From a virus, in UHGV virus genome UHGV-0106419: a DNA stretch of 25,684 nt. One strand, written 5' to 3'. The notes beneath the pieces are model-generated. The model was not told the origin of the DNA and searched no databases. It saw only the letters and a program-made list of their open reading frames with translations. Shown in pieces: positions 1 through 10,817 of this stretch. The translations under genes and the position numbers were made by a program. Every line of letters begins with the position of its first letter. Positions within the stretch are counted from its first letter, which is position 1.

Positions 1-12
1 ACTAAACATATT

Positions 13-38
13 ATCTGCCCCGTTTTATCGGGGCAGAT
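13..38. terminator. Perfect 10-bp inverted repeat hairpin (ATCTGCCCCG / CGGGGCAGAT, 6-nt loop) just 3' of the ygaQ-like frame; possible bidirectional terminator
   Basis: Inverted repeat read directly at 13-22 and 29-38; lies immediately past the TAA at 50-52 of the minus-strand frame. The flanking U-run is weak. Confidence 0.35.
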
Positions 39-49
39 ATAACATTAAA

Positions 50-2302
50 TTATAAATAGAGATAGTTCGGCGGTTCTCCTGTTTTCCCTAAAAGAAGAGC
101 GCTACGCCCAGGAATATTGATATTTAGAGTTCCGCCTCTAAGCGTAAATACTTTACCAGGGGGGATAATTTTTCGGGTATTATTAATAATAATGTTAACG
201 CTATTACTCCCCATGTTTTTGTATATTCCAGGTTGCAATTTGTTAGGCCAGGTACCTTCAACTTCTTCGTTTCCTTTATTTATTATAACTAGTCCATCAT
301 GAGGAGAGTGATTAATGTTCACAGAATCCCCACGACTAAAGGCCAGAACGTTTTTAGTTGCAGATACACCCTCAAATGCGCTCCATATTCCTGCTTTATC
401 TATATATAATGCGTGGAATTCATTGTAGAGCTGCTGATAGGTAGAGCAACCTTTATTAAGCTACGCCTCACCGCCGACACGCGTGGACCCATCATAATTT
501 TTAATTTCAGTCGTTGATTTTAATACTTGGCCATCCCAGTAAACTAAAGGCCTGCTGAACGGCAGAGCGGCTATATATGCCATTGCTAATTGTTCATCTT
601 GTTGATGGTTAAATAGAAAGTCATTGAAAAGATTACCATTGTTAGGAAAATCGTGGTTAATGTTAATCAATATCCGTCTTTCTGATGGGATACTTGAGAT
701 TGTGGAACCCGGTTTTGATGCAAGGGTTTGAAGATCTCCACCAAATGAAAAGGCTTTTATCGTTTTCATGAGCAATGAAAAATCAATGGCGCTTAAATCA
801 TCTCTTTCATAAAGCAGTGATGACATTTGTTGTTCATCCAACTGACAAGTTACCAGATATTCCATGTAATTCATAACGGCTTTTTTATGATATTTTGGGT
901 TAAATAAGTTAGTATTGTGTAACCGCTCATTATAATTTTTAAGCGGTGGGGTTATTGATCTTTCTATTTGTTCATGTTTTGAGTGTTTTGCCGCATCATA
1001 ACGTAAACCTCGTACGCCATATTTTCGCATTTCACGAACGTATTGATTTTGCAACATAATAACCTGGTCACTTTTGGGTGTTGTTTTAGGCATTCCATTT
1101 AAACGCTTTTCTTTTAATGCATGGAGGTTTTCCCATTCATCCTTAGAGATGTTATCTTTACTTGCTTCGAAGTCTTTTGCAGTGAGATGTATATCTTCTG
1201 GATGGATTTGTTTACGTTCTTTTGTTACTGGATCTTTAATGAATGGAATCAAAACCTGACCTTGCTAATAGCCAGGGATACCACCTTCTATATCTTTACT
1301 GATCTTCGCTCGTATATCAGCAGAGGGATAATCCAGGTCATTTTTACCACTACCCCCAATTCCCATAAAGTTAAAGGTATAATCAGGAATGATATCGATA
1401 CCAAATTTTTTAGCATCTTTAACCAATGCAATAAAATCCTGCAAATCTCCCATTGGATTATGGATGGTACAAAGATCTTCGGGTTGATAAGCATGAAACC
1501 AGTAACCCTTTTCTTCTTCGGGAGTTTCTGGTCCGTCGGCGCGGAAAGTTGTCACTGGAGGGATTTGTATATACCCATAATGGCAACGTGCAAATTCAGA
1601 CATATTTTCTCTGATCTGCTGGTAGGTGGCATTAAAAGCATGAAGAATCGCTTCGCCAGGTTTTTTGGGGGTGATGATTTCACATTGTGATTTCTGAACA
1701 GCAGTAAGAGATTTACGCTCAAGTGTTTGCCGTAGATGTTCTAGATTGATTAATATTTTAAATGTTTCTTGCTGTCCGGAAGGTGACGTCACGTTAATAT
1801 TATATACATCGGCTGCCAGCTCATAGTCAGGAATGTTAATAGCATATGCAACATATTTATCTTTTGGGGAAGGTTTGTCAGATATAATGTGGGTGAAATG
1901 TTCAGCACGACCATACTGATAAACACCGCTGTTATCACCTCTTTCAATCATTGTATCTCGTTGATAAAACTATGTTTTTCTTTCTCCTATCCTGTCTGGC
2001 GCTGTAATGCTACGCTGTGCTGCTTTATTCAACTCTCGGTAAGTTGTATCTGGAGAAAGGGAAATTTTATAATCGTTTTTTAACAGATCATTAATAACTT
2101 TTTCTGCGTGAAAAGTTGATATAATTTCTCTGTCTTTTAATCCTTGAGGGTAAACTCCACAAGAATTAATAATATTTGTTATACAGTTTAGATATTCTAA
2201 TGTATTTAATTTGGAATTTAGATCCCCGTCAGTAATGTTCCATGATAACAATGTGGGGTTGTCGATAGGTAAATTTCTGGGTCCTGGTTTTATAGAAAAC
2301 AT
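50..2302 (-). pseudogene. ygaQ: GH13 alpha-amylase-like gene (ygaQ-like), about 750 codons, interrupted by three in-frame TAG codons
   Basis: Four minus-strand ORFs (1970..2302, 1265..1951, 461..1252, 50..322) share one reading frame and are separated only by single stop codons. The 228-aa segment has GH13-like catalytic motifs (GIDIIPD, YGYIQIPPVT). GAGGA RBS sits upstream of the ATG at 2302. Position next to ileY matches K-12 ygaQ. Confidence 0.65.
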
Positions 2303-2861
2303 AATAAAGTTCCTCTAATGGTAGAGTAATATGATGTATACGGAAACATAAAAATGTTTAATTGTTGTGAAAGTAATTGCAAACAGATGTCCTACTTTTA
2401 TCCAATATTTATATGGAAAAGGATAATGCTTAAATCTGTTTTATTAATTATCGATGTGGTCTGGAGAGGCAACTGTCAAAAATCGCTCATACGAAACTAA
2501 TGATTAGCAGAATAAGATCTATGAAAGAATATATTGCTATACGAAGTTTATTTTTATGGAGTGAAAAGTAACAGATATCATAATGATGCGAAAACTCTTC
2601 AGCTAATGTAATAAAGTTATATTATTAGATACAAAATCATTACAAAGTATCATTGAATCGATGATAACTATAGATAGTGCTAATTATTAACATTTGCTTG
2701 TTGACTGCGAGTATCGACTTTGCGAATGGAGGCGGTGTCGGGTTTTATGTCGCGTGTAATCACGACCCAAGGTGAATGGGAACGCATAAAAATCTGTTAT
2801 TTACATCATATGATCATCATGTTTATTGCGTGGTTTATAAGTATTGTTATTGCACACTCAA

Positions 2862-2937
2862 GGCCCTTTAGCTCAGTGGTTAGAGCAGGCGACTCATAAT
2901 CGCTTGGTCGCTGGTTCAAGTCCAGCAAGGGCCACCA
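2862..2937 (+). tRNA. ileY: tRNA-Ile2 (anticodon CAU, lysidine-type), 76 nt with encoded CCA
   Basis: Cloverleaf readable: acceptor GGCCCTT/AAGGGCC, D-arm AGCTCAGTGGTTAGAGC, anticodon loop CTCATAA (CAT at 2895-2897), T-arm GGTTCAAGTCC. Sequence matches the E. coli ileX/ileY type as recalled, rather than initiator or elongator tRNA-Met. Confidence 0.85.
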
Positions 2938-3687
2938 AATCATTATTTACGTATCAGGAAGAGTTAAGGGTACAAGGGGTACTCGATGGCGGTCTATATT
3001 TCATGACTAACGCCATTTCAAGGAAGAAGTGCGGTGGGTGGTTTCGAATGAGGGCTGGTGTTTTGGTACGTGGCACGCCACTGCAATGTATTTATCCATC
3101 AGTACTCATTCAAAAGTACCTGGAAAAAATGCCTGCTATGCCAAGCGGGCAAATTGCTTACATGTGGAATTAAGTAATTAACGATAAAGCCAGAGTATTA
3201 TCATTTATTATACCCCTTCATTTAATCAGGTTAATTACTCAAATCACTGAACTATTCTCTGTTCGCTCACTGATGATAAGTGAGTACCACAACCAATGTA
3301 TGTAGAACAATGCCGTAGAGTAAGGATGAAATGTCTCTGCCACGCCTTAAACATCTACTACTGACCAGAACACCCGCCGCAGGCAGATGAGTTTTGTGAG
3401 CGTTACAGGAGCGTGGCTATGCTCATTAACCAACGCTATTGAGATATAAATTTCTAACACTTGAAAAACGATTTTCACTAATAAATTATAACGGTTTTTT
3501 TTATCATACAGCGAAATAACCTTTTGTTTATTAAATTTAACATTCCTGTGCTAATTTAATTAAAAGTTCCATGCGTAGCAAGTGAAGCAGTTAATGTCAG
3601 TAATTGTCTCAAATGAGCGTTTTTTTATAGTGACAAACAGTAATAACATTAAAAATAGCCATGTAGACATTAATTGAGGAATAGACA

Positions 3688-4170
3688 ATGTTAGTTAGTA
3701 AAAGCAACGGATTTAACGCTAGCGCAGTTTTGGGTAGTGGAAGTTATAATGAAAATAAATCTTCTAAACACATGGAGCTACTAGCTCATAGTATTTTAAA
3801 ATTAATTTGTAAGGAAGCTGCATCAGAGACGTATCGCGGTGCTCTTGAAACTTTACAAAAAATGATGTCTGAATGTATATATCAAGAAGGCAACGCCTTT
3901 GTCATTATGGGAGCTGGAGAACAATTAAAACGTATTAAATATGAAGTTGGTGAAAATAACTTAAAGGTATTCAACGTACACTTTAATAATAATCACGAGT
4001 TAGTTAGTTCTGGTGAGCCTGACGTAATATGTTTAAGCAAGCAGGTCTGGGAAAATCTTCTCATTAAACTAAAGCTGGAAAACAATGAAAATGTGTTTTC
4101 TGAAACTAAAAAATTATCGAATAAAAATAATGCCGATCAGTTTTTTGAATGCGCTAAAAGAAATGAATAG
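3688..4170 (+). CDS. Hypothetical protein (160 aa) in the slot occupied by ypjC in K-12
   Basis: Intact ORF in AT-rich DNA with no recognisable domain; assignment rests on synteny only. Confidence 0.4.
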   Translation: MLVSKSNGFNASAVLGSGSYNENKSSKHMELLAHSILKLICKEAASETYRGALETLQKMMSECIYQEGNAFVIMGAGEQLKRIKYEVGENNLKVFNVHFNNNHELVSSGEPDVICLSKQVWENLLIKLKLENNENVFSETKKLSNKNNADQFFECAKRNE

Positions 4171-4269
4171 AACCTTTTCGATAATATAAGAAAAAGTGAT
4201 TTTCATGTTGGTTTACTTAAGCCAAGTAGTACGCGTAGTGTTATTTTAGAAACGCCGCCAAATGTCTGT

Positions 4270-5061
4270 ATGGAATCACGTAATTCATATGAAAACAAAA
4301 TAGATGAGATTTCATCTTTGTCAGAGTCAAAGGAACACCCCATAGATATTCAAGAAAAAAAAGATGCGTTTGTGAATGAGTTCAAGGGGGTATTATTTGA
4401 TAAAAATACAAGGTCTTCAGAGCTTCTGTTTAATTTTTATGAGTGTTGCTATAAGTTTTTACCAAGAGCTCAGCCTCAAGATAAAATCGATAGCTATAAT
4501 TCAGCACTGCAAGCTTTTTCCATTTTTTGTTCATCTACGTTGACACATAATAATATAGGCTTTGATTTCAAATTATTTCCTGAAGTCAAGCTGTCTGGAG
4601 AACATCTTGAAACGGTATTCAAATACAAAAATGGCGATGATGTCCGGGAGATAGCCAAAATTAACATTACTCTCCAAAAAGAAGAGGGTGGTTTATATAA
4701 TTTACGTGGATTGGATTTTAAGGGGTGCTTCTTTTCTGGACAGAACTTCAGTAACTATGATATTCAATATGTGAACTGGGGAACGTCATTGTTTGATGTT
4801 GATACTCCGTGTATTTTTAATGCGCCTGCTTACAACAAGAGTAATGAAAAATCATTAAAACCTGTGAGCGAAAACGGTTTAAGTGGAGTATTGACTGATC
4901 GTAATAATAAAATAAAACTCATCACGGGCGTGGCACCATTCGATGATATTTTATTTATGGATGATGACTTTGATGATAGTTCCTCTGAGGATGATCCCGT
5001 TGAGAATAGTCCTGTTGTGACTAGTCCCGTTGTATCAAGTTCTAAAAGCAGTTTTCAATGA
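4270..5061 (+). CDS. ypjB: Uncharacterised protein YpjB-like (263 aa), acidic Ser/Asp-rich C-terminus
   Basis: Intact 263-aa ORF with ATG start; size and position between ileY and ypjA match K-12 ypjB as recalled. Confidence 0.55.
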   Translation: MESRNSYENKIDEISSLSESKEHPIDIQEKKDAFVNEFKGVLFDKNTRSSELLFNFYECCYKFLPRAQPQDKIDSYNSALQAFSIFCSSTLTHNNIGFDFKLFPEVKLSGEHLETVFKYKNGDDVREIAKINITLQKEEGGLYNLRGLDFKGCFFSGQNFSNYDIQYVNWGTSLFDVDTPCIFNAPAYNKSNEKSLKPVSENGLSGVLTDRNNKIKLITGVAPFDDILFMDDDFDDSSSEDDPVENSPVVTSPVVSSSKSSFQ

Positions 5062-5339
5062 TTAATAAATGGCAATTTTTACAAAGAGATAATAACGTAG
5101 ATTGAAACAATATGTATTATTGATTGAGTAAACGGGATTATTCTTCACACTACATCCATTTTAGTGTCACTACCAAAGAAAAAGGGGCTACGTTTTCATG
5201 TAACCCCTTGATTTATTTGGTGGGCTGGCAGTGACTGAATTGGTGCTGTAATTGGTTGAAATATTTCATCTAATGTCTGGTTCAACTTTCCTTAGCTGCC
5301 TGAAAGTTTTTTGATCTTACCCAGCAATAACAGCGTTAC

Positions 5340-5468
5340 GGTGCACCACGCCTGACTGAAGAACTGCGTGCTCAGGGTTACCACTTCAACGTAAAACCGT
5401 GGCAGGAGGTCCGGACTGAAAAAACTGGTCAGGACATCATCGGCAGGGAACGCACTGCTAGTCTGTAA
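5340..5468 (+). mobile_element. Decayed IS3-family transposase fragment
   Basis: Short frame translating to ...[17 protein letters not shown]..., which resembles the RRLTAEL-ARG--VNRKRV segment of IS3-family OrfB. No inverted repeats or intact ORF. Confidence 0.3.
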
Positions 5469-5469
5469 A

Positions 5470-5634
5470 CTGAACCGACTGGGGCGCAGTATGTGGCATC
5501 TTGTCGTGCTGTTGGAGGAGCTGTGCGAACGTGGTATTAACTTTCGTGCTCTGGCCCAATCTATATTTGCCCAACAATGGGGGGACGAATGCTGTAAAAG
5601 TAAAACAATCTGCGATCTCAAAGTTATTGTGTGA
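5470..5634 (+). pseudogene. pinH: Serine-invertase (Pin/Hin family) C-terminal fragment, pinH-like remnant
   Basis: Translation LNRLGRSMWHLVVLLEELCERGINFRALAQSIF aligns with the Pin motif [34 protein letters not shown]. No N-terminal catalytic domain is present. Confidence 0.55.
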
Positions 5635-5972
5635 TTTTTATGTGAGCAGAAGATATTCATCAGAAACGATTATGTAAATCATTTTATTTTGCCAACGGCC
5701 TCATTGTCGAAAGAAAAGAATACGCCCGTATTTCCTGAATGGATTGACTTTTTTATCCAACCACACTTCAGCGCACTGCGTTTAAAAAATGCCTCATTCT
5801 TATGCGGAATATCATCATTTCATCATGATGTCTTTGATGAGCGGTGAACACAATACACTTGCGCTGTCTCTTCAGGATGAATCCCCTGGTCTGGTGCCTG
5901 TGGGCTGATGTTGCAGCAAAGCTAAGGTCGCTTAAACGCTACTCAGTATTCACTTTTCAGAGGATGAAATTT

Positions 5973-8900
5973 ATGAACAGGACCAGTCCCTATTATTGTC
6001 GCCGCTCAGTACTTTCCTTATTGATATCTGCCTTGATATATGCCCCGCCCGGGATGGCTGCCTTCACTACTAATGTTATTGGTGTGGTAAACGATGAGAC
6101 TGTAGATGGCAACCAAAAAGTGGATGAACGAGGTACAACAAATAACACTCATATTATCAACCATGGCCAGCAGAATGTTCATGGCGGGGTATCTAATGGA
6201 AGTCTTATTGAATCTGGTGGATATCAAGATATAGGAAGTCATAACAATTTTGTGGGGCAGGCTAATAATACAACCATTAACGGTGGCAGACAGTCGATTC
6301 ATGACGGGGGTATTTCCACAGGTACGACAATCGAGAGTGGCAATCAGGACGTTTATAAAGGGGGTATCAGCAATGGAACGACAATTAAGGGCGGTGCTTC
6401 ACGCGTAGAGGGAGGGAGTGCGAATGGAATACTCATTGATGGTGGTAGCCAGATAGTAAAAGTTCAAGGGCATGCTGATGGTACAACGATAAATAAGTCT
6501 GGCTCTCAGGACGTAGTACAAGGAAGTCTGGCAACGAACACAACCATAAATGGTGGTCGACAGTATGTTGAACAGAGCACAGTAGAAACAACAACCATTA
6601 AAAATGGCGGTGAGCAAAGAGTATATGAGAGCCGTGCGCTGGACACGACGATTGAAGGCGGAACTCAGTCTCTGAATAGTAAGTCAACGGCAAAAAATAC
6701 GCATATCTATTCTGGTGGCACGCAAATTGTTGATAACACCAGCACCTCGGATGTTATTGAAGTTTATTCTGGTGGCGTGCTTGATGTTAGTGGTGGTACG
6801 GCAACAAATGTTACCCAGCACGATGGTGCAATTTTAAAAACTAACACTAACGGTACGACGGTGAGCGGTACGAATAGTGAAGGTGCATTCTCCATCCACA
6901 ATCACGTGGCAGACAATGTGTTGCTGGAAAACGGTGGTCATTTAGACATAAACGCATATGGTTCGGCAAACAAGACGATTATTAAAGATAAAGGAACAAT
7001 GTCAGTTTTAACCAATGCTAAAGCTGATGCGACCCGAATAGATAATGGCGGGGTTATGGATGTTGCAGGAAACGCGACAAATACCATAATTAATGGTGGC
7101 ACACAGAATATTAATAATTATGGCATAGCCACAGGCACCAATATCAACAGCGGAACGCAAAATATCAAAAGCGGCGGGAAAGCTGACACAACAATTATAT
7201 CCTCCGGGAGCCGGCAGGTTGTTGAGAAAGATGGTACGGCAATTGGCAGCAATATTAGCGCCGGAGGCTCGCTGATTGTCTATACCGGCGGTATTGCACA
7301 TGGGGTTAACCAGGAGACGGGCAGTGCTTTAGTTGCCAACACGGGTGCAGGGACTGATATCGAAGGATACAACAAGCTCTCTCACTTCACTATTACCGGA
7401 GGGGAGGCTAATTATGTTGTGCTGGAAAATACCGGCGAACTGACGGTAGTGGCTAAAACCTCGGCGAAAAATACTACCATTGATACTGGCGGTAAGCTGA
7501 TTGTCCAGAAGGAGGCTAAAACAGATAGCACCAGACTTAATAATGGCGGCGTTCTGGAGGTTCAGGACGGTGGTGAGGCTAAGCATGTTGAGCAACAATC
7601 CGGCGGCGCATTAATTGCTTCCACGACCTCCGGAACACTTATCGAAGGAACCAACAGTTATGGTGATGCTTTCTACATCAGGAATTCAGAAGCTAAAAAT
7701 GTAGTGCTGGAAAACGCTGGCTCATTAACAGTCGTCACTGGTTCCCGCGCAGTTGACACGATTATTAATGCCAACGGCAAAATGGATGTTTATGGAAAAG
7801 ATGTTGGCACTGTACTCAATAGTGCTGGCACCCAAACAATATATGCCAGTGCCACTTCTGATAAAGCAAATATCAAAGGTGGCAAGCAAACGGTATATGG
7901 TTTAGCCACTGAAGCAAATATCGAAAGTGGTGAACAAATTGTTGATGGTGGGTCAACAGAGAAAACACACATCAATGGTGGCACGCAAACCGTTCAGAAT
8001 TATGGTAAGGCAATCAATACCGATATCGTCTCTGGCCTACAACAAATTATGGCAAACGGGACAGCGGAAGGTTCCATTATTAATGGGGGTTCACAGGTAG
8101 TTAATGAGGGCGGTCTGGCTGAAAACTCGGTGCTTAATGACGGCGGCACACTCGATGTGCGGGAGAAAGGCAGCGCAACGGGGATACAGCAGAGTAGCCA
8201 GGGCGCTTTGGTTGCAACCACCAGGGCGACGCGGGTCACAGGAACACGCGCGGATGGCGTCGCGTTCAGCATCGAGCAGGGTGCGGCGAACAATATCCTG
8301 CTGGCAAATGGCGGCGTGTTAACCGTGGAGTCAGACACCTCTTCTGACAAAACACAGGTCAATATGGGCGGACGGGAGATCGTCAAAACAAAAGCCACTG
8401 CGACAGGCACGACGCTCACCGGCGGTGAACAAATTGTCGAGGGTGTGGCGAATGAGACAACAATTAACGACGGCGGAATACAAACAGTTTCAGCTAACGG
8501 AGAGGCAATAAAAACAAAGATCAATGAAGGCGGTACGCTGACAGTCAACGATAATGGCAAAGCGACAGATATCGTCCAGAACAGCGGTGCCGCTCTCCAG
8601 ACGAGCACGGCTAACGGTATTGAAATCAGCGGTACTCACCAGTACGGTACTTTTTCCATTTCCGGCAATTTAGCGACCAATATGTTGCTGGAAAATGGCG
8701 GTAATTTATTGGTATTAGCAGGTACCGAAGCTCGCGACTCCACGGTTGGCAAGGGTGGGGCAATGCAAAACCTGGGTCAGGACTCCGCCACAAAGGTTAA
8801 CTCTGGCGGGCAATATACCCTTGGGCGGTCAAAAGATGAGTTTCAGGCTCTGGCCCGGGCAGAAGATCTCCAGGTCGCTGGCGGTACGGCAATCGTCTAC

Positions 8901-10553
8901 GCAGGTACGCTGGCGGATGCATCGGTCAGTGGCGCGACAGGAAGCCTGTCGTTAATGACGCCACGGGATAATGTTACGCCAGTTAAACTCGAAGGGGCGG
9001 TCCGGATTACCGATAGCGCGATATTGACTCTGGGAAATGGCGTCGATACCACGCTTGCCGACCTGACGGCTGCCAGCCGGGGCAGTGTCTGGCTTAACAG
9101 CAATAATTCCTGTGCAGGTACCAGCAACTGCGAATATAGAGTAAACAGTTTGCTACTCAACGACGGTGATGTTTATTTGTCAGCACAAACAGCAGCGCCT
9201 GCCACAACTAACGGTATCTACAATACGCTGACAACCAATGAACTTTCCGGTAGCGGTAATTTCTACCTGCATACCAACGTTGCAGGCTCCCGGGGCGATC
9301 AACTGGTCGTCAACAACAACGCCACTGGTAATTTTAAAATCTTTGTTCAGGATACCGGCGTCAGCCCACAGTCTGACGACGCGATGACGCTGGTGAAAAC
9401 AGGGGGAGGGGATGCTTCGTTTACGCTGGGCAATACCGGCGGTTTCGTTGATCTTGGGACCTATGAGTATGTCCTGAAAAGTGACGGCAACAGCAACTGG
9501 AACCTGACCAATGATGTCAAACCCAACCCGGACCCCATCCCAAATCCAAAGCCAGACCCAAAACCCGATCCAAAGCCAGACCCAAATCCAAAACCAGACC
9601 CTACTCCCGATCCAACGCCGACACCCGTTCCGGAGAAACGCATTACGCCTTCTACGGCAGCCGTACTCAATATGGCAGCAACATTACCGTTGGTATTTGA
9701 TGCTGAGCTAAACAGTATTCGCGAGCGGTTGAACATAATGAAAGCGAGTCCACACAACAATAATGTCTGGGGGGCGACGTATAACACCCGTAATAATGTC
9801 ACCACCGATGCGGGTGCCGGGTTTGAGCAGACGCTGACCGGAATGACAGTGGGGATCGACAGCCGTAATGATATTCCTGAAGGAATTACCACGCTAGGCG
9901 CTTTTATGGGCTATTCCCATTCACATATCGGTTTTGATCGCGGAGGACATGGCAGTGTGGGCAGTTATTCTCTGGGCGGCTATGCCAGTTGGGAACATGA
10001 AAGTGGTTTCTATCTGGACGGTGTCGTGAAGCTGAACCGTTTTAAAAGTAACGTAGCAGGTAAAATGAGCAGCGGTGGAGCCGCCAATGGCAGTTACCAC
10101 AGCAACGGGCTGGGCGGTCACATTGAAACCGGGATGCGATTTACCGATGGTAACTGGAACCTGACGCCGTATGCATCGTTAACGGGGTTCACCGCTGATA
10201 ACCCCGAATATCATTTATCCAATGGCATGAAATCGAAATCAGTCGATACCCGCAGTATATATCGTGAACTGGGCGCAACGCTGAGTTACAACATGCGTCT
10301 GGGGAACGGTATGGAAGTTGAGCCGTGGCTGAAGGCGGCTGTGCGCAAAGAATTTGTCGATGATAACCGGGTGAAAGTGAATAGTGACGGTAATTTCGTC
10401 AATTATTTGTCGGGCAGACGTGGAATATACCAGGCAGGTATTAAAGCCTCATTCAGCAGTACGTTAAGCGGGCATCTTGGGGTGGGGTATAGCCATAGTG
10501 CCGGTGTGGAATCCCCGTGGAACGCGGTAGCTGGTGTGAACTGGTCGTTCTGA
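5973..10553 (+). CDS. ypjA: AIDA-I-type adhesin-like autotransporter (1526 aa): signal peptide, repetitive passenger domain, proline-rich linker, C-terminal beta-barrel
   Basis: Start chosen at MNRTSPYY... (ATG 5973), giving 1526 aa. Signal peptide SVLSLLISALIYAPPGMAA. Degenerate ~19-residue GG-x-Q-x-V repeats across the passenger domain. C-terminus ends ...AVAGVNWSF (aromatic terminal residue). The ORF-track start at 5844 is a GTG extension. Confidence 0.85.
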   Translation: MNRTSPYYCRRSVLSLLISALIYAPPGMAAFTTNVIGVVNDETVDGNQKVDERGTTNNTHIINHGQQNVHGGVSNGSLIESGGYQDIGSHNNFVGQANNTTINGGRQSIHDGGISTGTTIESGNQDVYKGGISNGTTIKGGASRVEGGSANGILIDGGSQIVKVQGHADGTTINKSGSQDVVQGSLATNTTINGGRQYVEQSTVETTTIKNGGEQRVYESRALDTTIEGGTQSLNSKSTAKNTHIYSGGTQIVDNTSTSDVIEVYSGGVLDVSGGTATNVTQHDGAILKTNTNGTTVSGTNSEGAFSIHNHVADNVLLENGGHLDINAYGSANKTIIKDKGTMSVLTNAKADATRIDNGGVMDVAGNATNTIINGGTQNINNYGIATGTNINSGTQNIKSGGKADTTIISSGSRQVVEKDGTAIGSNISAGGSLIVYTGGIAHGVNQETGSALVANTGAGTDIEGYNKLSHFTITGGEANYVVLENTGELTVVAKTSAKNTTIDTGGKLIVQKEAKTDSTRLNNGGVLEVQDGGEAKHVEQQSGGALIASTTSGTLIEGTNSYGDAFYIRNSEAKNVVLENAGSLTVVTGSRAVDTIINANGKMDVYGKDVGTVLNSAGTQTIYASATSDKANIKGGKQTVYGLATEANIESGEQIVDGGSTEKTHINGGTQTVQNYGKAINTDIVSGLQQIMANGTAEGSIINGGSQVVNEGGLAENSVLNDGGTLDVREKGSATGIQQSSQGALVATTRATRVTGTRADGVAFSIEQGAANNILLANGGVLTVESDTSSDKTQVNMGGREIVKTKATATGTTLTGGEQIVEGVANETTINDGGIQTVSANGEAIKTKINEGGTLTVNDNGKATDIVQNSGAALQTSTANGIEISGTHQYGTFSISGNLATNMLLENGGNLLVLAGTEARDSTVGKGGAMQNLGQDSATKVNSGGQYTLGRSKDEFQALARAEDLQVAGGTAIVYAGTLADASVSGATGSLSLMTPRDNVTPVKLEGAVRITDSAILTLGNGVDTTLADLTAASRGSVWLNSNNSCAGTSNCEYRVNSLLLNDGDVYLSAQTAAPATTNGIYNTLTTNELSGSGNFYLHTNVAGSRGDQLVVNNNATGNFKIFVQDTGVSPQSDDAMTLVKTGGGDASFTLGNTGGFVDLGTYEYVLKSDGNSNWNLTNDVKPNPDPIPNPKPDPKPDPKPDPNPKPDPTPDPTPTPVPEKRITPSTAAVLNMAATLPLVFDAELNSIRERLNIMKASPHNNNVWGATYNTRNNVTTDAGAGFEQTLTGMTVGIDSRNDIPEGITTLGAFMGYSHSHIGFDRGGHGSVGSYSLGGYASWEHESGFYLDGVVKLNRFKSNVAGKMSSGGAANGSYHSNGLGGHIETGMRFTDGNWNLTPYASLTGFTADNPEYHLSNGMKSKSVDTRSIYRELGATLSYNMRLGNGMEVEPWLKAAVRKEFVDDNRVKVNSDGNFVNYLSGRRGIYQAGIKASFSSTLSGHLGVGYSHSAGVESPWNAVAGVNWSF
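9518..9635 (+). repeat. Tandem repeat block encoding the P-N/K-P-D-P linker of the autotransporter
   Basis: Two near-identical 24-bp units (TCCAAAGCCAGACCCAAA...) at about 9546 and 9570, flanked by degenerate copies; translates to PNPDPIPNPKPDPKPDPKPDPNPKPDPTPDPTPTP. Confidence 0.6.
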
Positions 10554-10562
10554 CCATCAACG

Positions 10563-10590
10563 AAAAAGCCCACATCTGTGGGCTTTCATG
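10563..10590 (+). terminator. Putative rho-independent terminator downstream of ypjA
   Basis: Hairpin AAGCCCACA...TGTGGGCTT followed by TTT, 10 nt after the ypjA stop. Confidence 0.45.
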
Positions 10591-10713
10591 TTACCAGGAG
10601 CCGCGGCTCCTTTGCGTATCCTTTTATGTCTCCTCACCGTCTGGTCGGTGTTTTGCTGAGACTTCTAACTTCCTGTTTTTGTTGGTGTTGTCCTTACACC
10701 GTCCAATCATGAT

Positions 10714-10745
10714 TGGTGGGCTGGCGGGAGTTGAACCCGAGTCCG
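10714..10745 (-). other. tRNA-like 3'-end fragment (T-arm, acceptor and CCA only) resembling the 3' end of tmRNA/ssrA; putative prophage att core
   Basis: Minus strand reads CGGACTCGGGTTCAACTCCCGCCAGCCCACCA. Upstream sequence is AT-rich and not tRNA-like, so it is a partial copy. It lies between chromosomal ypjA and the prophage cargo and integrase. Confidence 0.5.
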
Positions 10746-10817
10746 TATTTTTATAATTAGCTGAAATAAAACGATTAATACTAACCATTTTATTCTGCGG
10801 ATCTTTTGCGGCTCCTT

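Noticed and set aside
117-302. 61-aa plus-strand ORF
   Set aside because: Antisense to the ygaQ-like reading frame; no support.
2844-3173. 109-aa plus-strand ORF
   Set aside because: It reads straight through the tRNA-Ile2 gene (2862-2937) and has no RBS; it is an artefact of the ORF scan.
5292-5660. 122-aa minus-strand ORF
   Set aside because: Lies antisense to the invertase/IS3 homology fragments, which explain the region better.
6060-9000. CRISPR-like regularity from the passenger-domain repeats
   Set aside because: The repeats are degenerate, in-frame coding repeats (GG-x-Q-x-V units) with no conserved direct repeat/spacer structure and no cas genes.
6018-9160. Several antisense or alternate-frame ORFs inside ypjA (for example 6018..6302, 8000..8608, 8897..9160)
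   Set aside because: Embedded in a long, well-supported autotransporter ORF; low-complexity translations are a by-product of the repetitive coding sequence.
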